From: Acidobacteriota bacterium | GTDB taxonomy: Bacteria > Acidobacteriota > Vicinamibacteria > Vicinamibacterales > JAFNAJ01 | DNA length: 64,000 nucleotides | NCBI GenBank assembly: GCA_023384575.1 | Contig: JAHDVP010000029.1 | Location: forward strand, 4,900-68,899 | Direction: 5' to 3' | Part shown: positions 36,751 to 44,809 of the stretch, one piece after another | Layout of the letters: each line of letters starts with the position of its first letter | How positions within the stretch are numbered: the first letter of the stretch is position 1 | Program-made: the position numbers and the translations under genes | Notes under the pieces: model-generated | What the model was told of the DNA's origin: nothing | Seen by the model: only the letters and a program-made list of their open reading frames with translations | Databases searched by the model: none

Positions 36751-37569
36751 ATGCCCAGCGACCATGCCCTCACATCTGCCCTGACCGCCGCCCTCGTCGA
36801 GGAGCTGGCGATCGTCCTCGGGGCGCTCGTCGGCGAGGCCGGCCAGGCCTCGCCCGCGTCCGCGCCCGCCGGTCGGTCCGTCGAATGGGTGGCCAGCTCG
36901 ACGTTCGGCGGTCCGGTCGAAGGGAGCGTCGCCATCGGGTTCAGCCGCGACGACGGGGCGAGCCTCGCGAAGGCGGTGATGGGGTTCGACGACGTGCCCG
37001 ACGACACGGCGGTCGTCGACATGATCCAGGAGATCGCGGCACAGGCGTTCTCGGCGCTGGGTCAGCGGACCGAGGCGGCCGGCGCCAGCCTCGCCCCTGC
37101 CGTCGTCACATCGACCGCGCCCGCCTCGGGCACGTCCTCCTTCGTCGTCACCCTTGGTGCCACCCTGGCCCCGGTCGTCACGTGCTGGTGCGAGGCCGCG
37201 CGTGTCGCGGCGGCAGCGCCCGTGTCCCCATCTGCCGCGGCCGGCGCTGACGCGCCGGCGGGGCGTGCGGAGGCGACCATCCCGCTAGCCCACGCCACCC
37301 CCGACAACCTCGAGGTCATCCTCGACATCGACCTGCCGCTGACCGTGCGCTTCGGCGTGACCGAGATGACGCTCGACGCGCTGACCCGGCTCGGTCCGGG
37401 CTCCGTGATCGACCTCGGTCGGTCACCCGACGATCCGGTCGAGGTTCTGGTCAATGGGCGGCTCGTCGCGCGGGGAGAGGTCGTCGTCGTCGCCGGCAAT
37501 TATGGCGTGAGAATCCACGAAGTCGTGAGTGCCGCCGATCGGATCCGCAGCCTCGGCAGCCCGGCATGA
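36751..37569 (+). CDS. fliY: long FliN/FliY-family switch protein (CheC-like N-region + C-terminal SpoA domain)
   Basis: C-terminal LEVILDIDLPLTVRFGVTEMTLDALTRLGPGSVIDLGRSPDDPVEVLVNGRLVARGEVVVVAGNYGVRI. The 190-aa N-terminal region includes DMIQEIAAQAFSALG. Starts directly after the fliM stop. Confidence 0.8.
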   Translation: MPSDHALTSALTAALVEELAIVLGALVGEAGQASPASAPAGRSVEWVASSTFGGPVEGSVAIGFSRDDGASLAKAVMGFDDVPDDTAVVDMIQEIAAQAFSALGQRTEAAGASLAPAVVTSTAPASGTSSFVVTLGATLAPVVTCWCEAARVAAAAPVSPSAAAGADAPAGRAEATIPLAHATPDNLEVILDIDLPLTVRFGVTEMTLDALTRLGPGSVIDLGRSPDDPVEVLVNGRLVARGEVVVVAGNYGVRIHEVVSAADRIRSLGSPA

Positions 37570-37630
37570 GTTTCGCAGTGCCGTCTCCCGACGCCACCGG
37601 CCTTCGCTGGTGGCGGAGGGACGGCTCATC

Positions 37631-38110
37631 ATGACCTACTTCGTCGGCGCCGCATGTGTCGTGCTGCTCGTGCAGCTCGTGTTCCTCTGGAAACTCGTAC
37701 GGGCGCTGGGGCGGCTGGAGTCGCTCGAAGAGCGCGTCGCCCACTTCGGCGATGCGATGTCGCTGCTCACCGAGACCGCCGATGCCGGGTTCCGGTCGGT
37801 CGCGGGCGAAGTCGAGCGTCTCGCCGCCGCTGACCGTCGTCTGCGCGCCGCCAAGGCCGAGCGGATCGCCGAAGCGATCCGCCAGGGGCAGGCGGTCGCC
37901 AGCGTCGCCGTCGGCGAGCAGGTGTCGGAGGGCGAGGTGCGGCTGCGCGCGCACCTGCAGCCGGCGGCGGCCGACCGAGTCCACGATGCTCCCGTGCCGA
38001 AGCCGCGCAGGAAGGTTCGAACCCCTCAGCCCGCAAGGGCCGTCCGGCAAGCGGCGCCGACGCGTCCGGTGCCCGCCGCAGGCGAGCTGTTTGAATCGCA
38101 TCTGCTTTGA
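37631..38110 (+). CDS. hypothetical single-pass membrane protein with coiled-coil (function unknown)
   Basis: Internal ATG of ORF 37529..38110 preceded by GGAGGG. TM helix YFVGAACVVLLVQLVFLWKLV followed by a helical, charged region. Codon bias is consistent with coding. Confidence 0.55.
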   Translation: MTYFVGAACVVLLVQLVFLWKLVRALGRLESLEERVAHFGDAMSLLTETADAGFRSVAGEVERLAAADRRLRAAKAERIAEAIRQGQAVASVAVGEQVSEGEVRLRAHLQPAAADRVHDAPVPKPRRKVRTPQPARAVRQAAPTRPVPAAGELFESHLL

Positions 38111-38178
38111 GCAGAGACGCACCGGGACGGACGCCGGGTGGCGACACCGGGCGCGGCACGGTGTGCAGAGTTGACACG

Positions 38179-39021
38179 ATGGCGAGATGTGCGCATCAGC
38201 AATGTGGGCGATGGCGACCCGACCGACTCGCGCGGGCGGGCCATCTCGGCGTCGCCCTGGGTGATGTCTGGTTCTGCTCACGTGCCTGCCTGGCCGCGCA
38301 CACCCGGATCCTGCTCGAGGACGAGGCCACCACCGTCGAAACCCCAGCGCGTGGCGTGGGGCGGGCCACGGCGCTGCGCCTCGGCGTGTACCTGCTCGCG
38401 CACCAGGTCCTCACGGGGGAGACGCTTCGCATCGCCCTGCGCGAGCAGCGTCAGAGCGGCCGGCGCCTCGGGGCGGAACTGGTCGCACTCGGACTCGCCT
38501 CACAGGACGAAGTGGTGCGTGCGCTGGCGGCGCAGGCCGGCATCGGCTATCTGACCAGCGTCGATCTCCGGCGCGTGGCGGCCGGACCGGGCGACCTGTC
38601 ACGGGAAGCCGTTCGGGCCATCGGCGTCGTACCGATCGACGCGACCGAGGCCGGGCGCCGTCTCCGCGTGGTCTGTCAGGCCCCGCTGCCGCGGCTGGCG
38701 CTGGCCGCCCTCCGCCACATGACGGGCGGGCAGGTCGAGGCGTTCCTCGTCTCGGATGACCTGTGGCGTCAGGTGCGCGAGCAGTACGCGCAGGACCGCC
38801 CGTCGACGGCGGTCGCCCCGCCGGTGCGCACCATTCCGGCGGCGGCGGAGCGGATCGCCGACGCCGCGCGGCGCGGCACTCTCCGCCGCATGCAGCACGC
38901 CCGCTGCGATCCGTTCGTCTGGGTACGGCTCGAAGGCGACGATCTCAGGGAGGACCTGCTGTTGTCGGCCGAATCGAGCAGGAAGGACATGCCATGGCCG
39001 GTGGTGCCTACGTCGCACTGA
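38179..39021 (+). CDS. stand-alone Cys4 zinc-finger + MshEN/T2SS-E N-terminal domain protein (putative c-di-GMP receptor)
   Basis: Two tandem 24-aa motifs, RLGVYLLAHQVLTGETLRIALREQ and RLGAELVALGLASQDEVVRALAAQ, with a 5-aa spacer (nt 38377-38535). CX4C...FCSRAC at the N-terminus. The start is uncertain (ATG 38179; TTG 38107 in the track). The 3' end overlaps flgF by 28 nt. Confidence 0.65.
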   Translation: MARCAHQQCGRWRPDRLARAGHLGVALGDVWFCSRACLAAHTRILLEDEATTVETPARGVGRATALRLGVYLLAHQVLTGETLRIALREQRQSGRRLGAELVALGLASQDEVVRALAAQAGIGYLTSVDLRRVAAGPGDLSREAVRAIGVVPIDATEAGRRLRVVCQAPLPRLALAALRHMTGGQVEAFLVSDDLWRQVREQYAQDRPSTAVAPPVRTIPAAAERIADAARRGTLRRMQHARCDPFVWVRLEGDDLREDLLLSAESSRKDMPWPVVPTSH

Positions 39022-39719
39022 GTGGCTTGCGGTCGCGGATCGAGCAACTCGATCGCCTCGCCTCCGACCTCGCCAACGTCGGCACGGCGGGCTACAAGTC
39101 GGAGCGCGTCACGACGGTGAGTGCCGAGCGGCCCGGCTTCGGGACGGTGCTGCAGTCGGCCATCGACGTCGCGCCGGGCCCTGGGCGGCTCGACCTCCGG
39201 TCGGGCCCGCTGACGACGACGGGACGCGATCTCGACTTCGCCATCGAGGGGCGGGGGTTCTTCGTGGTCGACACGCCGGCCGGGCCCCGTTACACCCGGA
39301 ACGGGCAGTTCACGCGCAGCACCGACGGCACGCTGACGACCGCCGACGGCATGCCGGTGCAGGGTGCGTCTGGCGCCCCGTTGCGACTGCCGGCCGGAGC
39401 CCTCGAGGTGGGGACCGATGGCACGCTTCGCGCAGGTGGGGTGGTGGCGGGCCGATTGCGGGTCGTCGACTTCGACTCGCACGTCGGGCTCGCCCGCGAA
39501 GAGGCGGGGCGCTTCCGCGCGCCGGCGAGCCTGACACCCCGGGAGAGCGACGGACACCACGTGAAGAGCGCAACCCTCGAGCAGTCAAACGTTTCCGTGG
39601 TCGACCGCGTCGCGCAACTCACGGAGGTCACGCGCGGGTTCGAAGCGCTGCAGCGCGGGCTGTCCATCCTGATGAACGACGTGGAAGGGCGGGCCATCAA
39701 CGAATTCGGGCGTCGGTAG
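38994..39719 (+). CDS. flgF: flagellar basal-body rod protein FlgF
   Basis: Internal ATG of ORF 38763..39719. SDLANVGTAGYKSERV; RDLDFAIEGRGFFVV; C-terminal LEQSNVSVVDRVAQLTEVTRGFEA. Confidence 0.88.
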   Translation: MAGGAYVALSGLRSRIEQLDRLASDLANVGTAGYKSERVTTVSAERPGFGTVLQSAIDVAPGPGRLDLRSGPLTTTGRDLDFAIEGRGFFVVDTPAGPRYTRNGQFTRSTDGTLTTADGMPVQGASGAPLRLPAGALEVGTDGTLRAGGVVAGRLRVVDFDSHVGLAREEAGRFRAPASLTPRESDGHHVKSATLEQSNVSVVDRVAQLTEVTRGFEALQRGLSILMNDVEGRAINEFGRR

Positions 39720-39785
39720 GCCGACACCCCGGCATTCGGTCAATCGGCCGGACGGACGAGCACTTGAGCGGGCCGCGAGGACACC

Positions 39786-40574
39786 ATGATTCGAGCACTC
39801 TACACGGCGGCGAGCGGGATGAACGCCCAGCAGACCAACATCGACAACATTGCGCACAACCTGTCGAACGTGAACACGGCCGGCTTCAAGAAGAGCCGCG
39901 TGGAGTTCGAGGACCTGGTCTACCAGCAGATCACGCAGCCCGGCAGCCCCACGTCGACGAGCGGGGAGTCGCCGACGGGACTGTTGATCGGCCTCGGGAC
40001 CCGCGCGGTGGCGACCGCGCGCGATTTCGCGCAGGGCAACATGCGGGCAACGAGCGCGCCGCTCGACCTCGCCATCGAGGGACGCGGGTTCTTTCAGGTC
40101 ACGCTGCCCGACGGGCAACTCGGGTACACCCGCAGCGGGGCACTGCACCTCAACAACGAGGGTGGACTCGTGACCGCCGAGGGCTACCGCATCGAGCCTC
40201 AGATAGCGATTCCCGAGAACGCCACGTCCGTGAGCATCTCGAAAGACGGCATCGTCTCGGTGGCGCTCGCTGGCCAGACGGCTTCACAGGAGGTCGGAAC
40301 GATCGAGCTGGCCGCGTTCGTCAATCCGGCGGGATTGCAGGCCATCGGCGGCAACGTCTTCGTGCCGACGACCGCGTCGGGTGAGCCCACGACCGGGGTG
40401 CCTGGGACCGACGGCATCGGCACGGTGCTGCAGGGGTTTCTCGAGGAGTCGAACGTGAGCGTCGTCGAGGAGATGGTCAACATGATCCTCGGCCAGCGGG
40501 CGTACGAAGCCAATTCGCGCGTGGTGCGCGCGGCCGACGAGATGCTCGGCCAGGTCAACCAGATGGCCAGGTAG
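39786..40574 (+). CDS. flgG: flagellar distal rod protein FlgG
   Basis: MIRALYTAASGMNAQQTNIDNIAHNLSNVNTAGFKKSR...LEESNVSVVEEMVNMILGQRAYEANSR. Confidence 0.95.
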   Translation: MIRALYTAASGMNAQQTNIDNIAHNLSNVNTAGFKKSRVEFEDLVYQQITQPGSPTSTSGESPTGLLIGLGTRAVATARDFAQGNMRATSAPLDLAIEGRGFFQVTLPDGQLGYTRSGALHLNNEGGLVTAEGYRIEPQIAIPENATSVSISKDGIVSVALAGQTASQEVGTIELAAFVNPAGLQAIGGNVFVPTTASGEPTTGVPGTDGIGTVLQGFLEESNVSVVEEMVNMILGQRAYEANSRVVRAADEMLGQVNQMAR

Positions 40575-40576
40575 CG

Positions 40577-41266
40577 ATGGTCAGGCGCCTGTTCCTCGCC
40601 GCGTGGTGCCTCGCGCTCGCCGGAGGGCCGGTCGCGGCCGCCGACGGCGGCGCCCCGCTGGCGGTGGCGCTGGTGGCGGCCGTCCAGGCCCGGATGGGCG
40701 AGCACGTCGAGGTCACGATCGACCAGGTGCGCGTCGTCACGGCCGTCCCCGAGCAGGACGGGCGGCTCTTCGCCGACCCTCAACCGGGGAGTCACGTCGG
40801 AGGGAAGGTCCGCTTCGCCCTGCGCTTCATCGGTGACGACGGGCGGCTGCACGTCGGGGCGGCCGAGTGCGTCGTGCGCGTCTCGGGACCGATGGCCCGC
40901 CTGGCGCACGACGTCGAGCGCGGCCACGTCCTGCGCCCCGAGGACATCGAGGTGGTCCACGCCGACGTCGGGCGCATGCCGCTGCAGCCGCTCGACGGGG
41001 CGGTCGTGGGCCACCGGACGCGACGCGCCCTGCGGATGGGCGAACACCTGCGCGCGGCTCTCGTCGAGCAGGTGTCGCTCGTGCGCAGCGGCGATCGGCT
41101 GGTGGTGCGCGTCCGCGTCGGCGAGGTCGAGGTCACGACGACGGCGATCGCGTCGCAGCACGGCCAGGTAGGAGAGATCATCCGGGCGGTGAACGCCGAC
41201 ACGGGACGCCGGCTGCGGGTGCGCGTCACTGGGCCGGCCGAAGGAGAGGTCATCCATGCATCCTAG
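40577..41266 (+). CDS. flgA: flagellar P-ring assembly chaperone FlgA
   Basis: Signal peptide. SAF-like C-terminal region (VRSGDRLVVRVRVGEVEVTTTAIASQHGQVGEIIRAVNADTGRRLRVRV). Position before flgH-flgI. Confidence 0.8.
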   Translation: MVRRLFLAAWCLALAGGPVAAADGGAPLAVALVAAVQARMGEHVEVTIDQVRVVTAVPEQDGRLFADPQPGSHVGGKVRFALRFIGDDGRLHVGAAECVVRVSGPMARLAHDVERGHVLRPEDIEVVHADVGRMPLQPLDGAVVGHRTRRALRMGEHLRAALVEQVSLVRSGDRLVVRVRVGEVEVTTTAIASQHGQVGEIIRAVNADTGRRLRVRVTGPAEGEVIHAS

Positions 41267-41972
41267 GCGTCGCCCGTCGGCGGTGCTCGTTGTCGCGGCA
41301 CTCGTCGTCTTCGGCGTGGCACACGCGTCCGCCCAGGCGCGCGGCGACAAGCCGCCACGCCCGAGCGACAACTACGACGAGCTCTATCACCGGTACCTCA
41401 GCGAGGCCCGCGCGACGGAGCGCGGCCCGGTGGACGGCCCGCCGGCGTTCCACTGGATGAGCGGCCTGGCGTTCGATCCGAGAGCGCGGGCCGTGAACGA
41501 CCTCCTCACGATCCGCATCGTCGAGAACATCGAGGCGATTGGATCGGCCGATTCGGCACTCAGCAAGAACAGCAGCGCGACCGCGTCGGTGACCAAGCTG
41601 TTCGGTCTCGAGACGAAGTTCCCCGACTGGCTCGACCCCACGAACCTGGCCAACCCGCGGAGTGATTCCCAGTTCAAGGGCAGCGGCGCCACGAGCCGGT
41701 CGAGCGAGCTGACGGCGACCATGACGGCGCGCGTGGTCGAGGTCCTGCCAAACGGCGACCTGGTGCTCGAGGGGGCTCGCGAGATCGACATCAACGGCGA
41801 TCGTCAGATCATCGTCCTGACCGGGGTCGTCCGTCCGAACGACATCGGGCGCAACAACGTGGTGATGTCGCCGGCCATCGGACAGCTCCGCATCCGGTAC
41901 TTCGGGCGAGGGCTCATTCGCGACAACCTGCAACCGGGATGGCTGGTGCGGGTCCTGAACAAGGTGTTCTGA
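41256..41972 (+). CDS. flgH: flagellar L-ring protein FlgH
   Basis: DPRARAVNDLLTIRIVENI...GNLANPRSDSQFKGSGATSRSSELTATMTARVVEVLPNGDLVLEGAREIDING. Confidence 0.92.
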   Translation: MHPRRRPSAVLVVAALVVFGVAHASAQARGDKPPRPSDNYDELYHRYLSEARATERGPVDGPPAFHWMSGLAFDPRARAVNDLLTIRIVENIEAIGSADSALSKNSSATASVTKLFGLETKFPDWLDPTNLANPRSDSQFKGSGATSRSSELTATMTARVVEVLPNGDLVLEGAREIDINGDRQIIVLTGVVRPNDIGRNNVVMSPAIGQLRIRYFGRGLIRDNLQPGWLVRVLNKVF

Positions 41973-41993
41973 CGTGCGGCACGAGGTGACGAC

Positions 41994-43112
41994 ATGCGAC
42001 GCGTGATCGCGCTCATGGCGGTGGTGGCGGCGATGGCTTGGCTCGCGCCGGGCGCAAGCGCCGGAACGGGCGGCGTGGTGCGCGTCAAGGACGTGGCCAC
42101 ACTCCACGGCGTGCAGCCGATGCCGCTCATCGGGTACGGGCTCGTCGTCGGCCTGAACAAGACCGGCGACCGGCGGCAGACGATTTTCTCCGCGCAGACG
42201 CTGGCCAACATGCTCGAGAAGCTCGGCGTGGTCGTGCCGGGACAGCAGATCAAGGTGGAGAACATCGCGGCGGTACTGGTCACCGCGGAGTTGCCACCGT
42301 TTGCGAGGCCGGGGGCCCGCCTCGACCTGACCGTCTCGGCGATTGGCGACGCCCGCAGCCTGCAGGGCGGGACGTTGATTGCGACGCCGCTGCGCGGGCC
42401 GGATGGTTCGGTCCACGCCCTCGCGCAGGGACCGCTCACGCTCGGGGGATTCGGCGGGGGGACGGGAGGCAACTCCGTCCAGGTCAACCACCTGACAGCC
42501 GGGCGCGTGCCCAACGGCGGTCTCGTGCAGGTGGGCCAGAACGCCGTGCTGCCCGACACGGGCCTCCTGATGCTGTCGCTGCTCGAGCCGGACTACGCCA
42601 CGGCGAGCCGCCTCGCCGACGCGATTGCGGGCGAGTTCGGCCGTGGCGCCGCGCGCGCCGTCGATCCGGCGACGGTGGCCGTCACCGTGCCCGCGGAGTT
42701 CCGCGGCGCCGTCGCGGACCTCATGGCCCGCCTCGAGCCGTTGACGCTCGACGTCGACGTGCCCGCCCGGGTGGTCATCAACGAACGAACCGGAACGGTC
42801 GTCGTCGGGGCGAACGTGCGCATCGGGACCGCCGCCGTCGCCCACGGCAACCTCTCCGTCAGGATCAGCACCCGCTACGCCGTATCGCAGCCGGCGCCCT
42901 TCTCCGACCGCGGCGAGACCATCGTGGTGCCCGACGAGCAGGTTGAGGTCGAGGAAACGGACGCGCGGCTCGTGACGCTTTCCGAAGGGACCACGCTCGA
43001 CGCCGTCGTGCGGGCCCTGAACGCGCTCGGGGCGACGCCGCGAGACGTCATCGCCATCATGCAGGCCCTCAAGGCGGCCGGCGCCCTGCGGGCGGATCTC
43101 GTCATCATCTGA
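41994..43112 (+). CDS. flgI: flagellar P-ring protein FlgI
   Basis: VRVKDVATLHGVQPMPLIGYGLVVGLNKTGD...SLQGGTLIATPLRGPDG...ALKAAGALRADLVII. Confidence 0.95.
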   Translation: MRRVIALMAVVAAMAWLAPGASAGTGGVVRVKDVATLHGVQPMPLIGYGLVVGLNKTGDRRQTIFSAQTLANMLEKLGVVVPGQQIKVENIAAVLVTAELPPFARPGARLDLTVSAIGDARSLQGGTLIATPLRGPDGSVHALAQGPLTLGGFGGGTGGNSVQVNHLTAGRVPNGGLVQVGQNAVLPDTGLLMLSLLEPDYATASRLADAIAGEFGRGAARAVDPATVAVTVPAEFRGAVADLMARLEPLTLDVDVPARVVINERTGTVVVGANVRIGTAAVAHGNLSVRISTRYAVSQPAPFSDRGETIVVPDEQVEVEETDARLVTLSEGTTLDAVVRALNALGATPRDVIAIMQALKAAGALRADLVII

Positions 43113-43148
43113 CCCCTGGAGCGGCGAGCGGACCGGGCTGACGCACCC

Positions 43149-44105
43149 ATGTCGATCGACCTCCTGCAGAACGTTCCGGTGCCGCTTCGCACCGAGTCCC
43201 GGCCGGGCGAGGCCCCGAGCGAGGCGGAGCGCGCGCGCCTGTCGGCCATCGCCCAGGAGTTCGAGGCGATGCTCATGCTGCAGATGGTGCGCCAGATGCG
43301 GCAGTCGCTGCTCGACGAGCAGGACGACCAGGGACTCGGCCTGGGGCGCTCGACGATGACGGACACCATCGACGTCGAGTTGGCGCGGCATCTCGCGGCC
43401 GCCGGCGGGCTCGGTCTGGCGCGAGGCATCGAGGAGGGACTCTGGAAGGCCGCACGGCCGGGGGATGGGGGAGCCGGGCTCGTGCCAGCGGGAGGCCGGC
43501 CCGATGCGATCGGTCGCGGTCGAGGTCCCGTCACCCTCCCGGCCCTGGGTGTCGGTCCGTCGACCGTTCTGCCGAGCGCCACCACGGGGCCGCCGAGTGC
43601 CGCGGCGTCGAACGGCGAAGCGGCCTTTCGAGTGCCGCTGGCTGAACGCGTCAGTTCGGCCTTCGGCTGGCGCAGCGACCCGTTCCACGGCCAGCACCGC
43701 TTCCACGGGGGCATCGACATCGCGGCGGCCTACGGGCGCGAAGTGCCGACGGCCGCGCCCGGGCGGGTGGTCTTTGCTGGAGAACAGGGCGCCTACGGAC
43801 TGCTGGTCACGGTCGCGCACGCCGACGGCGTGACGACCCGCTACGCGCACCTGTCGTCGGTCGATGTGAAGGTTGGCCAGGAACTTGCTGCAGGTCAGGT
43901 GGTTGGCCGCGTCGGGCAGACTGGCCGGGCGACCGGCCCGCACCTGCACTTCGAGGTGCTGGTCGACGGCCGCCGGGTCGATCCGGTGCTCGTCGCCGAG
44001 GGGCGTGTGCCCGGGTTAAAGTCTCTCGGGCCGGGTGTCGATTACCCCTCCGACCGGGTCCAGGTGTCGGCTGGTCCGGCGAATGGAGATGACCATGAAG
44101 ATTGA
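43149..44105 (+). CDS. flgJ: FlgJ-like rod-binding domain fused to an M23 (LytM-type) peptidase domain
   Basis: N-terminal rod-binding motif AIAQEFEAMLMLQMVRQMRQS. C-terminal FGWRSDPFHGQHRFHGGIDIAA...GRVGQTGRATGPHLHFEV. Confidence 0.8.
   Translation: MSIDLLQNVPVPLRTESRPGEAPSEAERARLSAIAQEFEAMLMLQMVRQMRQSLLDEQDDQGLGLGRSTMTDTIDVELARHLAAAGGLGLARGIEEGLWKAARPGDGGAGLVPAGGRPDAIGRGRGPVTLPALGVGPSTVLPSATTGPPSAAASNGEAAFRVPLAERVSSAFGWRSDPFHGQHRFHGGIDIAAAYGREVPTAAPGRVVFAGEQGAYGLLVTVAHADGVTTRYAHLSSVDVKVGQELAAGQVVGRVGQTGRATGPHLHFEVLVDGRRVDPVLVAEGRVPGLKSLGPGVDYPSDRVQVSAGPANGDDHED
44017..44044 (+). promoter_or_regulatory. candidate sigma-28 promoter for flgM (inside the 3' end of flgJ)
   Basis: TAAA-N16-GTCGATTA. 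Shares TAAAG and the 11-mer CGATTACCCCT with both flagellin promoters. Lies about 50 nt upstream of the flgM ATG. Confidence 0.5.
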
Positions 44106-44394
44106 CGGCAACCGCCCAGACCAGCTCGGGGCGGCCAACCAGGCCGAGGCGGCGGAGCGCGCCCAGCAGAACCGGACCACGCGGGCCGGCCGGCCTGGGG
44201 GCGACAACGCGGACCGCGTCGACCTGTCGCCCGATGCCCGCCTGCTCAACTCGGCCGTGGCGGCCGTGAAGGCCGCGCCCGACATTCGGCTCGATGTCGT
44301 CGAGCGCGCCAAACAGAAACTCGCGGTCGGAGAACTGGGCAACGACCCGCTTCGCCTCGCCGATCGCATGATCGACAGCCTGCTGTCACGGTAG
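44095..44394 (+). CDS. flgM: anti-sigma-28 factor FlgM
   Basis: Internal ATG preceded by GGAGA. 99 aa; C-terminal DVVERAKQKLAVGELGNDPLRLADRMIDSLL is typical of FlgM. Confidence 0.8.
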   Translation: MKIDGNRPDQLGAANQAEAAERAQQNRTTRAGRPGGDNADRVDLSPDARLLNSAVAAVKAAPDIRLDVVERAKQKLAVGELGNDPLRLADRMIDSLLSR

Positions 44395-44407
44395 CCGCCC
44401 GGCGGCG

Positions 44408-44809
44408 GTGCCCGGACGGCCGGCCCTCAGGGAGTCGCTCGTGACTGCTGCCGTTTCCGGTCCGGTTGCCGCGCTCGACGGCCTGCGCGAGGCCCTCGAC
44501 GCCGTCGCGGAGGCGCTCGTGGCCGCCAGGCCCGACGACCTGCTCGCCGTCGAGGGACAGCTGGCCGCTGCGGTCGGCCGTCTGCCGTCGATGCTTCCGG
44601 CCACCCTCCTTCCAGACGACCGCCGACTCCTTCGCGACCGCGTCGCGCGAGCGCACGCCGCGCTGATTCGTTGCCGGCGCCTGGGCGCCTCGCTCGGCCA
44701 GCTCGTCGAGACGACGCTCGCGGCGCACGGGCTCGCCGGCGGGTACGATCGGGGCGGCCTCGGGGCCACCGTCACCGCGCGCGTCGGCGCGCTCGACACG
44801 AGGGGCTAG
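44408..44809 (+). CDS. FlgN-like flagellar export chaperone (tentative)
   Basis: Small helical protein between flgM and flgK, the canonical flgN position. GTG 44441 with AGGGAG upstream is an alternative start. Confidence 0.5.
   Translation: MPGRPALRESLVTAAVSGPVAALDGLREALDAVAEALVAARPDDLLAVEGQLAAAVGRLPSMLPATLLPDDRRLLRDRVARAHAALIRCRRLGASLGQLVETTLAAHGLAGGYDRGGLGATVTARVGALDTRG

Noticed and set aside
41250-43949. 899-aa minus-strand ORF
   Set aside because: It is antisense to flgH, flgI and flgJ, which are clearly the real genes. Same GC artefact.
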